In this document: piece after piece, positions 1 through 11,289 of the stretch
Position numbering within the stretch: position 1 is the first letter of the stretch
Layout of the letters: each line of letters opens with the position of its first letter
NCBI GenBank assembly: GCA_963761935.1
Contig: CAVXJU010000096.1
Coordinates: 104,165-168,164, forward strand
Reading direction: 5' to 3'
DNA from: Terriglobia bacterium
GTDB lineage: Bacteria; Acidobacteriota; Terriglobia; Bryobacterales; Bryobacteraceae
Length of the DNA: 64,000 nt
The notes under the pieces: model-generated
Told to the model about the DNA's origin: nothing
The model's input: the letters and a program-made list of their open reading frames with translations, nothing else
Database searches by the model: none
Program-made: the position numbers and the translations under genes

Positions 1-2
1 AG

Positions 3-653
3 GATGTCATGGTGGCGCGCGATATTTTGCTCGCGCAGCTCACCGGCGCGCGTTTCCACGTCGCGCACATCTCCTCGCGCTATTCGGTCGACATGGTGGC
101 GTTTGCTAAAGCCCGAGGCATCGCCGTTACATGCGAAGCGACTCCGCATCATTTCACTTTGATCGACGGGGACATGCCGCCTTACGACAGCAATTACAAA
201 ATGAAACCGCCGTTGCGCTCGGCCTGCGACACCGGCGCAGTGACGCAGGGAATTATCTCGGGCACGGTCGACGCGATTGCAACCGATCATGCGCCGCACG
301 CCGGCAGCGAGAAAATGCGGGAGTTCGAAAAGTGCCCCTTCGGCGTCATTGGCCTCGAAACCGCGGTGGGCCTGGCGTTGGAACGGCTGGTACACACTGG
401 AAAAATTCAGCTCACTCGCATGGTCGAACTTTTCACTTCAGGCCCTGCCGGCGTGCTAGGCCTCAATCGCGGACGCCTGGCTGTTGGCGCGCCGGGCGAC
501 GTGACCATCCTGAACCTGGAGCGCAATTGGATTTTCGATGTAAATAAATCCGCTTCCAAGAGCCGCAATTCTCCTTTTAATGGCCGGGAATTCCGCGGCG
601 GCCCGGTGGCCACCATCGTGAATGGCCGCGTCGTGTGGAGAGCCGAGAATTAG
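3..653 (+). CDS. pyrC: dihydroorotase, C-terminal part (5' end outside window)
   Basis: ORF open to window edge; cyclic amidohydrolase signatures TCEATPHHF and AIATDHAPH, with a typical dihydroorotase C-terminal half. Confidence 0.8.
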   Translation, partial: DVMVARDILLAQLTGARFHVAHISSRYSVDMVAFAKARGIAVTCEATPHHFTLIDGDMPPYDSNYKMKPPLRSACDTGAVTQGIISGTVDAIATDHAPHAGSEKMREFEKCPFGVIGLETAVGLALERLVHTGKIQLTRMVELFTSGPAGVLGLNRGRLAVGAPGDVTILNLERNWIFDVNKSASKSRNSPFNGREFRGGPVATIVNGRVVWRAEN

Positions 654-670
654 AGTACAGTTACTAATGG

Positions 671-3413
671 TTGGATCCTTCCTTTCGGCATCGTCAGATT
701 GAGGGCAGCGCCCGGCGCGGCGGTTGCCTGTGGATGGTCATCGCCGCCATCATCCTGTTCGTCGCGGCGCGCCTGATTTCTTCCTGGACCATCGACTACC
801 AGTGGTGGCGCGAGATGGGCCAGCTGCGCACCTGGTTCAGCATGCTGGCCTATAGCATGGTGCCAACGGCCGCCGCCACGATCGTCGCGTTCCTGGTTTT
901 CTGGATCGCGCACGCGCGTGGGTTGAAGCACGCCCGCACCAGCCTGGGCGAGCATCCTCTATATGCCAAGCTCTCCACAGTCGTGGTTTTTCTGATCGCG
1001 CTGGTCTTGTCCATGGGAACTCTGGACACCTGGACCGTGGTCCGCTATTTCGGCGGCAAAGGTCTGGGCGGCGCCGCGGCCGCCTGGCACGATCCCGCTT
1101 TCGGTAATCCGCTTTCGTTCTATCTGTTCGAAATCCCGTTTTACTCCGACTTACTCGGATTGGTGCTCGGCATCATTGTCATCGCCGGCTTGATTTACTG
1201 GCTGGCGGCGCGCGGCTGGCAGATTCGTTCCACGGTGGGCGACTGGAGCCGCATCCAGGAGATCAACCTGAGCGAGCTGCGTTTGGCCGGAGCGCTCGAA
1301 TCGAAATTCCTGCGCGCCATGGGCGCTGTGTTCCTGCTGGCTCTGGCGGTGCGCTTCTTCCTGGGCCGCTACGGCATGTTGCTCGATCAGCACGGCAGCT
1401 TCATGGTGGGCATCGATTATACGGACCAGAACGTCGCGCTGCCGCTGCAATGGGTGCTGATCGGAAGCTGCGTTGTCTCGGCCGCCGCATTGCTCTTCGG
1501 CAAGTGGAGAATCGCGCTCGTGGTCGTGGCGGCTTTCCTGGTGCGCAGCATCGTCCCGTCTATCGTTACGGCCACCTACGTCCGTCCCAACGAGATCTCC
1601 ATCGAGCGGCCTTTCATCGAGCGCCACATCGCGGCCACGCGCTCGGCTTTCGGCATCGACCAACGAACCAGCGAACTCGATTTTCCCGCCAAGCCGGAGG
1701 AACAGATCGATTTCGCCAAGCACAAGCCGCTGCTCGATAACGTGCGGCTGTGGGATTGGCACGCCTTTCACGACGCCATCACGCAGCTTCAGCCCTACCG
1801 TCCCTACGTCTATTCCGACACCGATGTCGACCGCTACACCATTGAGAACGAGTTGCGCCAAGTCATGATCTCTCCGCGCGAGATCGATCTGACGCAGCTC
1901 GGCGATGCGCGCTCCACCTGGATCAATCCGCATTTCATTTACACGCACGGCTACGGCATCGTCATGGCGGAGGCCAATCAGGTCTCGCCCAACGGGCTGC
2001 CGGAGCTGATCATCAAGGATGCACCTCCGGAAATCACGGTTCCCGGATTGAAACTCACGCGCCCGCAGTTGTACTACGGCGAAGTGGTGCAGGATCCGGT
2101 ATTCGTGCGCACCGCGCAGCCCGAGTTCGATTATCCGGCCGGAGAGCACAACGTCGAGACGCGTTACGACGGCAAGGGCGGCTTTCCGATTTCCTCGCTG
2201 CTGCTGCGCACCGCGGCCGCCGTCTCGGAGAGCGACTGGAACATCTTGCTCACCGGCTACCTCACGCCGGAGAGCCGCATGATGATCCACCGTAATGTGA
2301 CCGAGCGCGTCAGCACGCTCGCGAATTTCTTGGCCTGGGACTCGGACCCCTACATCGTTCTTACCGACGACGGCCATCTGACTTGGATCATCGATGGCTA
2401 CATGACGTCTCGACGTGCACCCTTACTCGGAGAGCGTGGATCTGGGAAATATCGGGTCGGTCAACTATATTCGCAACTCGGTGAAGGCCACCGTCGACGC
2501 TTACGACGGCACGGTCCACTTCTACGTTTTCGATCCCGAGGACCCTCTGCTGCAGGCCTATCGGAATCTTTTCCCGGCACTCTTTGAGCCGGCTTCTGCG
2601 ATGCCCGCCGACTTGCGCCGGCACGTCCGGTACCCGGAGACGATTTTCGCGGCACAGGCCGATATTTACCGGCTGTTTCACATGCGGGACCCGCTGACGT
2701 TCTACAACAAGTCGGATGCCTGGGACGTCGCGAAATTCACCAACCAGCAGGGCGGCCAGCCCGGGCCGTTGGCGCCCACTTATGTCGTGGCAACTTTGCC
2801 GGGCGAGAGCCAGCCGGAGTTTCTACTGATGTTGCCCTTCACGCCTCGCAATCGCGACAACCTGATCGGACTGATGATGGCGCGCTGCGACGGTGAGCAT
2901 TTGGGCGAAAAAGTGGTGCTGCTCTTATCCAAGCAGGAAATCGTTCTGGGACCGATGCAGATTGAGGCACGCATCAATCAGGACCAGAATATTTCGAAAG
3001 ATCTGACGCTGTGGAACCAGCAGGGCTCGCAAGTACTGCGCGGGCAGATGCTGGTGTTGCCGATCGGGCACACGTTTCTGTATGTAGAGCCGATCTACAT
3101 TCAGGCCTCGCAGGCCAAGATGCCGCAATTGAAGAAGGTCGCGCTCGCGATGGGGAACAATCTGTTTTACGCCGATACTTACCAGCAGGCGCTGGCGCAA
3201 CTGGCCGGCGTCAATGTGGCGCCACCCGAGCAGGCAGCCCAGCCGTCGACGGCTACAGCGCCGAGCGCTGCGCCAACCGCTTCCGCTACGCCCGATGCAC
3301 GGATCACGGAGATTCGCCGTCATCTGGATCGCTACCGCGAGTTGGTCTCGCAAGGAAAATTAGCCGAGGCGGGCAAGGAATTGGAAGCCATCCAGGCGCT
3401 GGTCGCGCATTAG
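671..3413 (+). pseudogene. UPF0182 family multi-pass membrane protein, split by one frameshift near 2405-2414
   Basis: ORFs 671..2587 and 2415..3413 together give the ~900-aa UPF0182 architecture. An N-terminal TM block is followed by WIIDGYMTS then, in the next frame, HPYSESVD...NYIRNSVKATVDAYDGTVHFYVFD. Start codon uncertain (TTG 671). Confidence 0.7.
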
Positions 3414-3420
3414 GATTTTT

Positions 3421-3487
3421 AGGCGCACGGTACACAGCAACTCGTCTGTGCCCACGCTACACAGCCGGGTCCGCATACCGTGCGCCT
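3421..3487. repeat. 12-bp perfect inverted repeat (AGGCGCACGGTA / TACCGTGCGCCT) enclosing a 43-nt loop with an inner CACAG/CTGTG stem
   Basis: Read directly: arms at 3421-3432 and 3476-3487; inner stem at 3433-3437 / 3446-3450. Lies between the UPF0182 stop and the next gene. Confidence 0.6.
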
Positions 3488-3618
3488 GCCGCCAACTGAG
3501 TCCAGCTTATAGGTCGGGGATCGGCCGCTCTGCACGCGTTATCCTAAGTCGTTCTCAGCAAAAGAAAAGAAACCACGCAACTTATGTGACTGCCTGGCGT
3601 CCAAGAAGAGGGAACTGT

Positions 3619-3921
3619 ATGCGCAAATGGGGACTATTGGTGGTAACGCTGCTGGCCGGCTACAGCGTGGCGTGCAGCCGATCGGACCAAGAGCATGCAC
3701 GCGATCAAGCGCAGCACGCACGCGAGCAGGCCAATAAGGACCTGCACCGGGCAGCGCATGACGCCCGCCAGGGATTCGACAAAGCCGATCGCGCCGTGAC
3801 GCAGGCCCTAGACGAAGCACGTCAAAAGACCAAAGACGCCGTCCACCAGGTCAATCAAAACCCGCATGACAAGAGCACGGATCGCGATCAGCGCGATTCC
3901 GGCGCATCCAGCCAGCGCTAG
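3619..3921 (+). CDS. small putative lipoprotein, charged and helical (100 aa)
   Basis: ATG 3619 preceded by AGAAGAGGGA. MRKWGLLVVTLLAGYSVAC signal/lipobox-like N-terminus, then a Q/D/R/A-rich sequence. Confidence 0.5.
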   Translation: MRKWGLLVVTLLAGYSVACSRSDQEHARDQAQHAREQANKDLHRAAHDARQGFDKADRAVTQALDEARQKTKDAVHQVNQNPHDKSTDRDQRDSGASSQR

Positions 3922-3960
3922 GCGCTTCGCCAGCCCTCAACACAGCCAGATATTTTTGCC

Positions 3961-3989
3961 TTGACGCGCCCTCCCGCAGGTGCTAATAT
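3961..3989 (+). promoter_or_regulatory. sigma70-type promoter candidate for the blaI-like operon
   Basis: TTGACG (3961-3966), 17-nt spacer, TAATAT (3984-3989), about 40 nt upstream of GTG 4028. Confidence 0.45.
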
Positions 3990-4027
3990 TTTGGCATGTT
4001 GCTAAACACTAAGCATGGGCTGAACCG

Positions 4028-4413
4028 GTGAGCACGCTCGGTGCGCTCAGCCGCCGCGAGCGGCAAATCCTGGAGATTCTCATCCAGCGTGGCAAGGCCT
4101 CGGCGTCCGAAGTCCGGGCAGCCATGGCCGACGCGCCCAGTTATTCCGCGGTGCGCGCCATGCTGCGCATGCTCGAAGAGAAGGGCCACGTGAAGCACCA
4201 GCGAGGAAGGACTGCGGTACGTCTATCTACCCACCATCGCGCGCGAGAAGGCCAAGCGCATCGCGGTCAAGCACCTGCTCGACACCTTCTTCAACGGTTC
4301 GCCCGAACAAATCGTGGCGGCGCTGCTGGATGTTTCCTCGACACAGCCTCACGCGCGAGGAGCTGGACCGTATGGCGAAAATGATCGAAAAGGCTAAGCG
4401 GGAGGGCAAATGA
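4028..4413 (+). pseudogene. BlaI/MecI/CopY family winged-helix repressor, two frameshifts (about 4201 and 4347)
   Basis: N-terminus LSRRERQILEILIQRGKASASEVRAAM...MLRMLEEKGHVKHQ. It continues in another frame as EEGLRYVYLPTIAREKAKRIAVKHLLDTFFNGSPEQIVAALLD, and in a third as LTREELDRMAKMIEKAKREGK, ending at TGA 4411-4413. This stop overlaps the next start (ATGA). Confidence 0.75.
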
Positions 4414-6391
4414 ACGAGGCAATATGGTTTGCGATTTCTGAGCGGTGTGGCGCTCAAAAGCACGGCAGTGCTGGGCGCAGCATGGCTGGGGCATTGTTGC
4501 TGCGCGGCCGGTCTGCCGCGTCGCGTCATCTGGTGTGGACCGCCGCGGCCGCGGCGGTGCTGGCGCTGCCATTGTTCTCCGTCTCAGTGCCGGCGCTGCG
4601 AGTCCCGTCTTTTGCGAGGCTCGCGCCCGGTATCGCAGTCCTCTTCGAAACCACCGCCAAGGTGGCGACCCCAGCGACATCCAGTGTCTCGCCTCGCTTC
4701 GCTGCAACGCTGCCGGCGCATTCGACATCCCGGCTTCCCGATCGGCGTCTCGCGCTAATGCTGGCGTGGTGCATCGGCGCTGCGGCCACTTGGCGCAACT
4801 GCTGCTCGCCTGCGCACGACTGCGGCGCCTGCGGCAATGCGCCCAACCTTGCCCCGATGACGGACTGGCAGGGCAACTGGAGCGACAACTCGGCATCTCA
4901 CGGCACGTAGCCGTCCTCGAGGCCGAAGAGGGCAGCATGCCCATGGCTTGCGGCTTGCTGCGGCCGGCCATCTTCGATGCCCGCCGATGCCGCGCAAGTG
5001 GACCGAGGAGCGCCGCCGCGTGGTTTTGCTCCACGAGCTGGCCCACGTGCGCCGCGGCGACGTGGCCACGCATTTGCTCGCCGCGCCGGCCTCGAGCCTG
5101 AACTGGTGGAATCCGCTGGCCTGGGTGGCCTGGCGCGAATTTCTGAAGGAACGCGAACGCGCCGCCGACGACCTGGTGCTCGGATGCGGGGCGCGCGCGT
5201 CCGATTACGCCGGCGCATTTGCTGGAAGTGGCGCGCAGCATGCAAACCTCGCCGGTGCTGGCATCGGCTGCGGTCGCCATGGCGCGCCGCTCCGAGCTCG
5301 AAGGCAGGCTAGTGGCTATTCTAGACTCACGCGTTCGCCGCGGTCGAGCGGGACGTAGTTCGGCTCTCGCGGCAGTCCTGGCCGCCATCGCGCTAACCGC
5401 TCCCTTGGCGGCTCTGCGCGCGCAGTCCACCAGCGATTCAACGCCGGTGTTGAAAGCGTCTGCCGTTCCAGCCGACCTCGACGCCACCATCCGCGCCGCA
5501 ACGGCGCAAAGCAATTACGAAATGCTGGACGAACCGGCCGCGACGTTCGAAGCGCTGCGGCAATACGACAACGCCAAGAAATTGCTCGACGCCTCTCTGG
5601 CCATCCGCGAACAAGTCTCTGCCGGCCAGAGTGTGGCTTACGGCATCGGCCTGATGAAGCTCGGTGACCTGGAGAAAAAGCGCAATCAGCCGTCGCAAGC
5701 CGTAACCTTCTATTCGGAAGCCGCCCAAGTGCTGGGAGCACGGCCGGAAGCGGCGCTCGCAATGATGTATCTCGGCGAGTACGCGCTCGGCGATAAGAAC
5801 TATCAACAGGCCATCGACTATTTAGAAAAAGCGCAGAGTCTCGATGCAACCCAAGCCGGTCCCGCGCAAATGTGGATGGCTGTGGTTCGCGAGCGCGAGC
5901 AGAACCCCGCCGAGGCGGACACCTTGTATCGCTCGGCTCTAGCGGTGGAGGACGGGAACTCGGCCGAAGCCGCCACTACGCTAGAGCTCTACGCCCGGTT
6001 TCTCGAGGACCAAGGGCGCCAGGACGACGCGAAGTTTATGTCCGGCCGCGCGTCCGCGTTGCGCCGTGCTTTGGGCGCTCAAGCCGGTCAACTCAAATCC
6101 AAGGCATTCCACATTGGAAACGGTGTCACCCCGCCGAAGCTCCTCTACAAAGTGGAACCTGAATACACGGCGGAAGCGCGCATCGCGAAATATCAAGGCA
6201 CCGCGCAGCTCTCCGTTGAGATCGGTATGGACGGCGTCGCGCGCAATTTCCGAGTCACGAAGGGACTCGGCCTGGGACTCGACCAGAATGCCGTGACCGC
6301 GGTGCAGCAGTGGCACTTCCAACCGGGGACGAAAGACGGCGCTGCGGTGCCGGTCCTGGCCACCATCGAAGTAAACTTCCGATTGAAGTGA
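4410..6391 (+). pseudogene. BlaR1-like M56 peptidase sensor fused to TPR-like region and TonB C-terminal domain; at least 6 frame changes between 4410 and 5220
   Basis: Pieces in three frames: ALKSTAVLGAAWLG, RGRSAASRHLVWTAAAAAVLALPLF, GISRHVAVLEAEEGSMPMACGLLRPAIF, WTEERRRVVLLHELAHVRRGD (HEXXH), HLLEVARSM. From 5219 there is an intact 390-aa tail ending in the TonB_C-like PPKLLYKVEPEYTAEARIAKYQGTAQLSVEI...GAAVPVLATIEVNFRL. Confidence 0.75.
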
Positions 6392-6402
6392 ACGGCTCGG
6401 AC

Positions 6403-8867
6403 TTACTCGGCCCGCAGGGCTTCTACCGGATCCACCTTCGTCGCGCGCAAGGCCGGAAAATAACTCGCCAGCGACGCCGCCGCGATCAGGCTGGCGGAGA
6501 CCGCTGCGTACGTTATCGGATCCAGCGGATTCACTTCGAACAAGAGCGACGCCATCAAGCGCGTCAGCACGGCCGCTGCAGCCAGTCCGCAAGCGACACC
6601 AATCGCCGCCAGCATCAGCCCGTGGCCAATAAACATTTTTGCGAGCTTGCTCTGTTCCGCTCCGAGCGCCATACGAATCCCGATCTCCCGTGTGCGCTGC
6701 GTCACCGAATACGAAATAACGCCGTAGATCCCCACCAGCCCGATCAGCATGGCCATCGCGCCCGCGATCGCCAGCAGCACCAGTGTGAAGGAAGTTCGCG
6801 CCAGCGATTTTTCGTAGATCGCCTGCAGCGTGGTCACATTGGCGAGCGGCAGATTCGCGTTCACCGACCATACCGCCTCCTGCACGGCCTGCATCAAACT
6901 CTGCGCCCCCGCCCGATTGCTCCGAATCACGTAGTCGAGCGTCCTCCGAAGGGACACCTTGGAGCCCTCGAAGTTGTCCATGATAATCGGCCAATATGCC
7001 ATTGTGGGAGCGGGTCGATTCACCCCTTCCTCTCGCTCGTCGTTGACCACCCCGACGACCTCGCGCCAAGTGCCGTTCAGGTTTTCGCGAACGCGCTTGC
7101 CGATGGCCGAGGCCGGATCGTGCCACAGCTCGCGCGCCAGGCTTTCTGAAACCAACGCCACCGGCCTGCGCTCATACATGTCGGTCCACGTGAAGTCGCG
7201 GCCGGCAACCAGCCTGTTGCCCATCGTCGAGAGCAAACCAGGCGAGACGAATTTATACCAACGCAGCGGAGGCATGGACTGCGGGTAAGCCCGGTCCTCG
7301 GCATATACCGGATCGTGCCAACCTGTTTCCTCCATCGGTACCACCGAACTGACCGCGGCGGATGAAACACCGGGAATCGCAGCGATCTTGTCCAGGATGG
7401 CCTGCTCCATCCGGACCACCGCGGTCGCGTCACCGACTTGCGATTCGGGAATCGAAATCTGCAACGTCTGCAACTGTTCCGGATGAGTGAAACCCGGGTC
7501 CACGCGCCGCAGCGCCTGGAACGTCCGAATCATCAGACCCGAGCTGATGAGCAGAAGCAGCGCCAGCGCCACTTGCACCACCACCAGCGCGCTTTGCATC
7601 CGGTGCCGCTCCTTGCTCTCGCTCATGCTACGCCCGCCGGCGCGCAGGGTACCCGCCAACGCGCGGCCCGGCCCCACATACTTGATCACCGGAACCAAGC
7701 CGAAAACCAATCCGGCCAGGAGCGAAACGCCCAGTGTAAATAACATGACGGCCGGATCGATCGAAATATCGTTCAGCCGCGGCAGATTCGCCGGAGCGAT
7801 CGCCAACAGCAATCGGACCGCCCAGTATGCCAATGCCAGGCCCAGCGTGCCCCCCAGGATTCCAATCGCGACACTCTCGGCCAACAGCTCGCGTGCGATT
7901 CGTCCCCACCCGGCGCCCAACGCGGCGCGAATCGAGAGCTCCTGTTGCCGTCCATCGGCCCTGCACTAGCATCAGATTAGCCACGTTCGCGCACGCGATC
8001 AGCAGCACTCCTCCAATGGTCCCCATCAGAATCCAAAGCGTCGCGCCGATGTCGCCGACCACGTCGTCTTTAAGAAGGCGAAGCCGCGGGCCGACCCGCG
8101 CATCTTCAAACATCTTGACGCTGAAGCCGGGGGAGGAGGGAATTTCCGCATCGCGATAGGAATCATCCTGGCCACGTCCGCGCTGGCTTGCGCCAATGTT
8201 ACTCCGGCTTCAAACGTGCGATGCCTCGATAATTGAAATTTCCGAGAAATGTCTTGTTCCGATCCAACTGCAATGGCACAAACAAGACCGGCTTTTGATC
8301 CAGAAACCGGAAGCGCGCCGGCATCACCCCAATGATCTCTCGAGGCGTACCATCCAGAACCAGATTCCGTCCCAGAACCGATCTGTCGCCGCCGAATTTC
8401 GCCTGCCAATATCCATAGGTGAGCATCACAGTTAACGGCGCACCGGGCGCGATATCGGCGGCGGAGAACCAGCGGCCGAGTACCGGTTGGATCCCCAGCA
8501 GTGGCAGCGCTTCCTGGGTCAGGATGACGCACCGAACCTCTTCGGGCTCGCTTAGCCCCGTTACGCTGGCGGTATCGGGCTGCCACATGGCCGTGCCTTG
8601 GAACAACCTGGCTTCATCGCGGTAAGTAAAATAGAGAAACGCCGCGGTTCCTGCATCGAAGAAATTGATTCCCGGCGCTGTATGATTCAGTGCGATCAGG
8701 CGGTCGGCGTGAGGATAAGGTAACGGCTTCAGCAGGACGCCTTCGATCACACTGAAAATCGCGCTGTTGGCGCCGATCCCCACGGCCAACGTTACCGCCG
8801 TGACAACGGTAAACATCGGCGCATGCAGCAACCGCCGTAGGACATGTTTCAATCCCATGTTCTTCAA
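6403..8867 (-). pseudogene. ADOP/MacB-like duplicated FtsX permease, three frameshifts within about 7950-8205
   Basis: N-terminal ORF 8199..8867 (FTVVTAVTLAVGIGANSAIFSVIEGVLLKPLPYP). Middle pieces GVTLAQASADVARMIPIAMRKFPPPP and MFEDARVGPRLRLLKDDVVGDIGATLWILMGTIGGVLLIACANVANLMLV. C-terminal ORF 6403..7920 has the second FtsX module (REIGIRMALGAEQSKLAKMF). Confidence 0.75.
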
Positions 8868-8936
8868 TACGGCGAATTTCCGTCAAGGTTTCAAGTGAGC
8901 TGAAAGTTTTCCCACCGCCAGCTCATTAACAACCAG

Positions 8937-10190
8937 ATGACTGCCGATCGGGTTGTGTTTGCCTTCCTGGCGTTGGCCGCGGCCGGCACTTGCGCCGCCC
9001 AAACTTACACTCTCTCCGATTGCAAGGACGGTGCCGCCCTTACAGTAAAGATCGACTCAGTGATCTCCACCTCAGGACCTTTTCCGAGCAACGGCGGGCA
9101 TTCACTCAACGTCATCTTCTTCGGCGACTTCACGCTCACGGTGAACGGCTCAACCCACACTTATCCCTCTGTGCTGGGCTCGGCAGGATTAAACTACACT
9201 CCCACGGTGGGAAACCTCACCGACTTTTTGATCGAGAGCGACGATGCCAGCGTCCGGGCGGTGGGAAATTTGCAAGCTGTCGGCGACCTGATCCCCAATG
9301 GTCTCTTGCCCCAAACCCTGCCTCCCATTTCGGCCTGGAACAATTCGACCGGCGACTACATACAGTATGGAAATCCGGTCGTAACGGACTACATCGATAT
9401 CGTGGGCGCCTGCGCGTCTGGCACCGGCGCCGCCACTCCCACCATCACCAACGTCATCACCGCCAGTGCATTTGGAGCGTTCAACGCCATCGCGCCCGGC
9501 ACTTGGATCGAAATCTACGGGAACAACCTGGCGCCCGACACGCGCCCATGGGCCAGCAGCGATTTCGACGGACAGACCGCGCCGATCTCGCTCGACGGCG
9601 TCCAGGTTACGGTCAACGGTCAGAATGCCTACCTGAGTTACATCGCCTCCAACCCCGGTCAGATCAATGCGCAGGTGCCTTATACCATCCCGATCAACCA
9701 AAAGGTGCCGGTCATCGTAACCAACAATGGCGTACCCAGCGCCGCTTACGACGTCACATCGAACGGCATCCAGCCGGGCCTGCTTGCTCCAGCCTCCTTC
9801 AAGATCGGCGCGAATCAATACGTGGTGGCGCTCGCGTCCGACGGAGCTACCTACATTCTTCCAACCGGTGCGATTCCGGGCGTCGCTTCGCGCCCCGCCA
9901 AACCCAACGAGACCATCACGCTGTATGGAATCGGATTTGGTTTGGTCTCGCCTCCCACCGCGGCCGGTGAGATCGCGCCAGCGTCGACGAGAACGCTCCT
10001 GCCCTTACAAATCTCGTTCGATCAGACGCCGGCCGAGATCACGTACGAAGGGCTTGCTCCCGGCTTCGTCGGACTATATCAGTTCGATGTGGTGGTGCCA
10101 TCGATACCCGACAACGATCTGGTTCCTTTGAAACTGACTCTGGACACCGTGGCCGGCGCTCAGACCGTCTACATCGCAGTGCACCAATAG
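8937..10190 (+). CDS. secreted protein with TIGR03437 (Solibacter-type IPT-like) C-terminal domain
   Basis: Signal peptide MTADRVVFAFLALAAAGTCAAQ. C-terminal IEIYGNNLA...GQINAQVPYTIP...YEGLAPGFVGLYQFDVVVP is characteristic of TIGR03437. Confidence 0.6.
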   Translation: MTADRVVFAFLALAAAGTCAAQTYTLSDCKDGAALTVKIDSVISTSGPFPSNGGHSLNVIFFGDFTLTVNGSTHTYPSVLGSAGLNYTPTVGNLTDFLIESDDASVRAVGNLQAVGDLIPNGLLPQTLPPISAWNNSTGDYIQYGNPVVTDYIDIVGACASGTGAATPTITNVITASAFGAFNAIAPGTWIEIYGNNLAPDTRPWASSDFDGQTAPISLDGVQVTVNGQNAYLSYIASNPGQINAQVPYTIPINQKVPVIVTNNGVPSAAYDVTSNGIQPGLLAPASFKIGANQYVVALASDGATYILPTGAIPGVASRPAKPNETITLYGIGFGLVSPPTAAGEIAPASTRTLLPLQISFDQTPAEITYEGLAPGFVGLYQFDVVVPSIPDNDLVPLKLTLDTVAGAQTVYIAVHQ

Positions 10191-11153
10191 CTATTGCGTG
10201 GGGTGTTCGCCGCCGTGCCCCTCAGCTTCGCCGATGTGGAATGCCTTGAGCAAGTCTGGCAGCGCGTAATTGCCTTCATGGCAGGCGTATTCGTACATCG
10301 GCGCGGCGGATCTCGCCATGGTCAGCTCGCCTTTCCAGGAACGCGTGAAGGCCGTGGGATCGTCCACTTCGAACCGATACAGAATCGTGTTCGAGTCCAT
10401 CAGGCTGAAGCGTTCCACAACGTGCAGATTCCGGTCCCAGCCGAAATTGCCGCCGGCGCCGTAGAAACCGCCCGCATCGTTGAAGTTGGTTGTATCCACC
10501 ACCAGCGTGCCGCCTTCCCAATGTCCCACTGAATCGCCCAGCCACAGCCTCACGCTGGACGGCGGATGCGGGCGCCCATCGAGAGCGATGATCCGAGTGT
10601 CGTGGATCATCTCCACGTTGATCAGCAGCTGATCGCCCGTCTGAATGATTTGGTAATTGCTGTTGTACGAATACGGAAGCATGGGCGGCACCGCGGTGAC
10701 GAACACCAGGCATTGATCCTGGAGACCCAGATCTTCAGCCCCATCCGGATGCCGCTGTAGTTCCATGCGGCGGCGTTTTTCGGCCGCGGCCGTGGGCGTC
10801 AGCGCGGGAATCCTGCCATCCGGCGGATCGGTCACGATAGACGTCCGCAGCGTTTTCACGACGTGAGAACCGAACTCCCGGAATAGAACGTTGTAAGTGC
10901 CGACGCTGCGCGAAGCCTCCTCAGACGACGGCTCCTGATTGCGAGCGCTCGACCGCTGTTCCCACTCGGCCGCCTCCGCGGGCGTGAAGAATTCTTTGTC
11001 CTTGAGCCGCGCGGGACGTTCCAGCGGCGTAGCGGTCGCCGAATTCCAGATGCCGGCGAAATCAGGATGCGTCGGCGCCGGAGACTGCGCAAATATGGGA
11101 CAGCCAATCGAAACCGCCGCCGCTGCAACTATAAAACTGCGATATGTAAACAA
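10191..11153 (-). CDS. secreted conserved hypothetical protein (320 aa)
   Basis: Signal peptide MFTYRSFIVAAAAVSIGCPIFAQ; balanced composition; YEYACHEGNY motif; abuts the previous gene's stop. Confidence 0.55.
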   Translation of the reverse strand: MFTYRSFIVAAAAVSIGCPIFAQSPAPTHPDFAGIWNSATATPLERPARLKDKEFFTPAEAAEWEQRSSARNQEPSSEEASRSVGTYNVLFREFGSHVVKTLRTSIVTDPPDGRIPALTPTAAAEKRRRMELQRHPDGAEDLGLQDQCLVFVTAVPPMLPYSYNSNYQIIQTGDQLLINVEMIHDTRIIALDGRPHPPSSVRLWLGDSVGHWEGGTLVVDTTNFNDAGGFYGAGGNFGWDRNLHVVERFSLMDSNTILYRFEVDDPTAFTRSWKGELTMARSAAPMYEYACHEGNYALPDLLKAFHIGEAEGHGGEHPTQ

Positions 11154-11289
11154 CTAGCTCAGTTTAGCCTATCCCGGCTCGACGATCAGCCTTTGACACC
11201 CTGCTACCGAGCGCGAATCTTTGCGCGTAAGATGGAGTGATCGACGCGCCGCCGGAGTCGAACTCGAAGAGAAAGAGAGGGTCATTCAA

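Noticed and set aside
1151-2377. 408-aa ORF antisense to the UPF0182 gene
   Set aside because: R/A/G/D-rich shadow ORF typical of high-GC DNA. It has no motifs, and the opposite strand carries a recognisable protein.
3990-4027. BlaI/MecI operator palindrome between the promoter and the blaI-like start
   Set aside because: Only CATG ends are symmetric (CATGTTGCTAAACACTAAGCATG). The interior is not palindromic, and no TACA/TGTA dyad was found.
4291-5514. 407-aa ORF antisense to the blaR1-like gene
   Set aside because: Extreme Ala/Arg/Ser composition, and it is antisense to clear M56 peptidase motifs.
5981-7126. 381-aa minus-strand ORF spanning the blaR1 3' end and ADOP permease 3' end
   Set aside because: It crosses a gene boundary, is Arg/Gly-rich, and lies out of frame with the real FtsX-domain ORF on the same strand.
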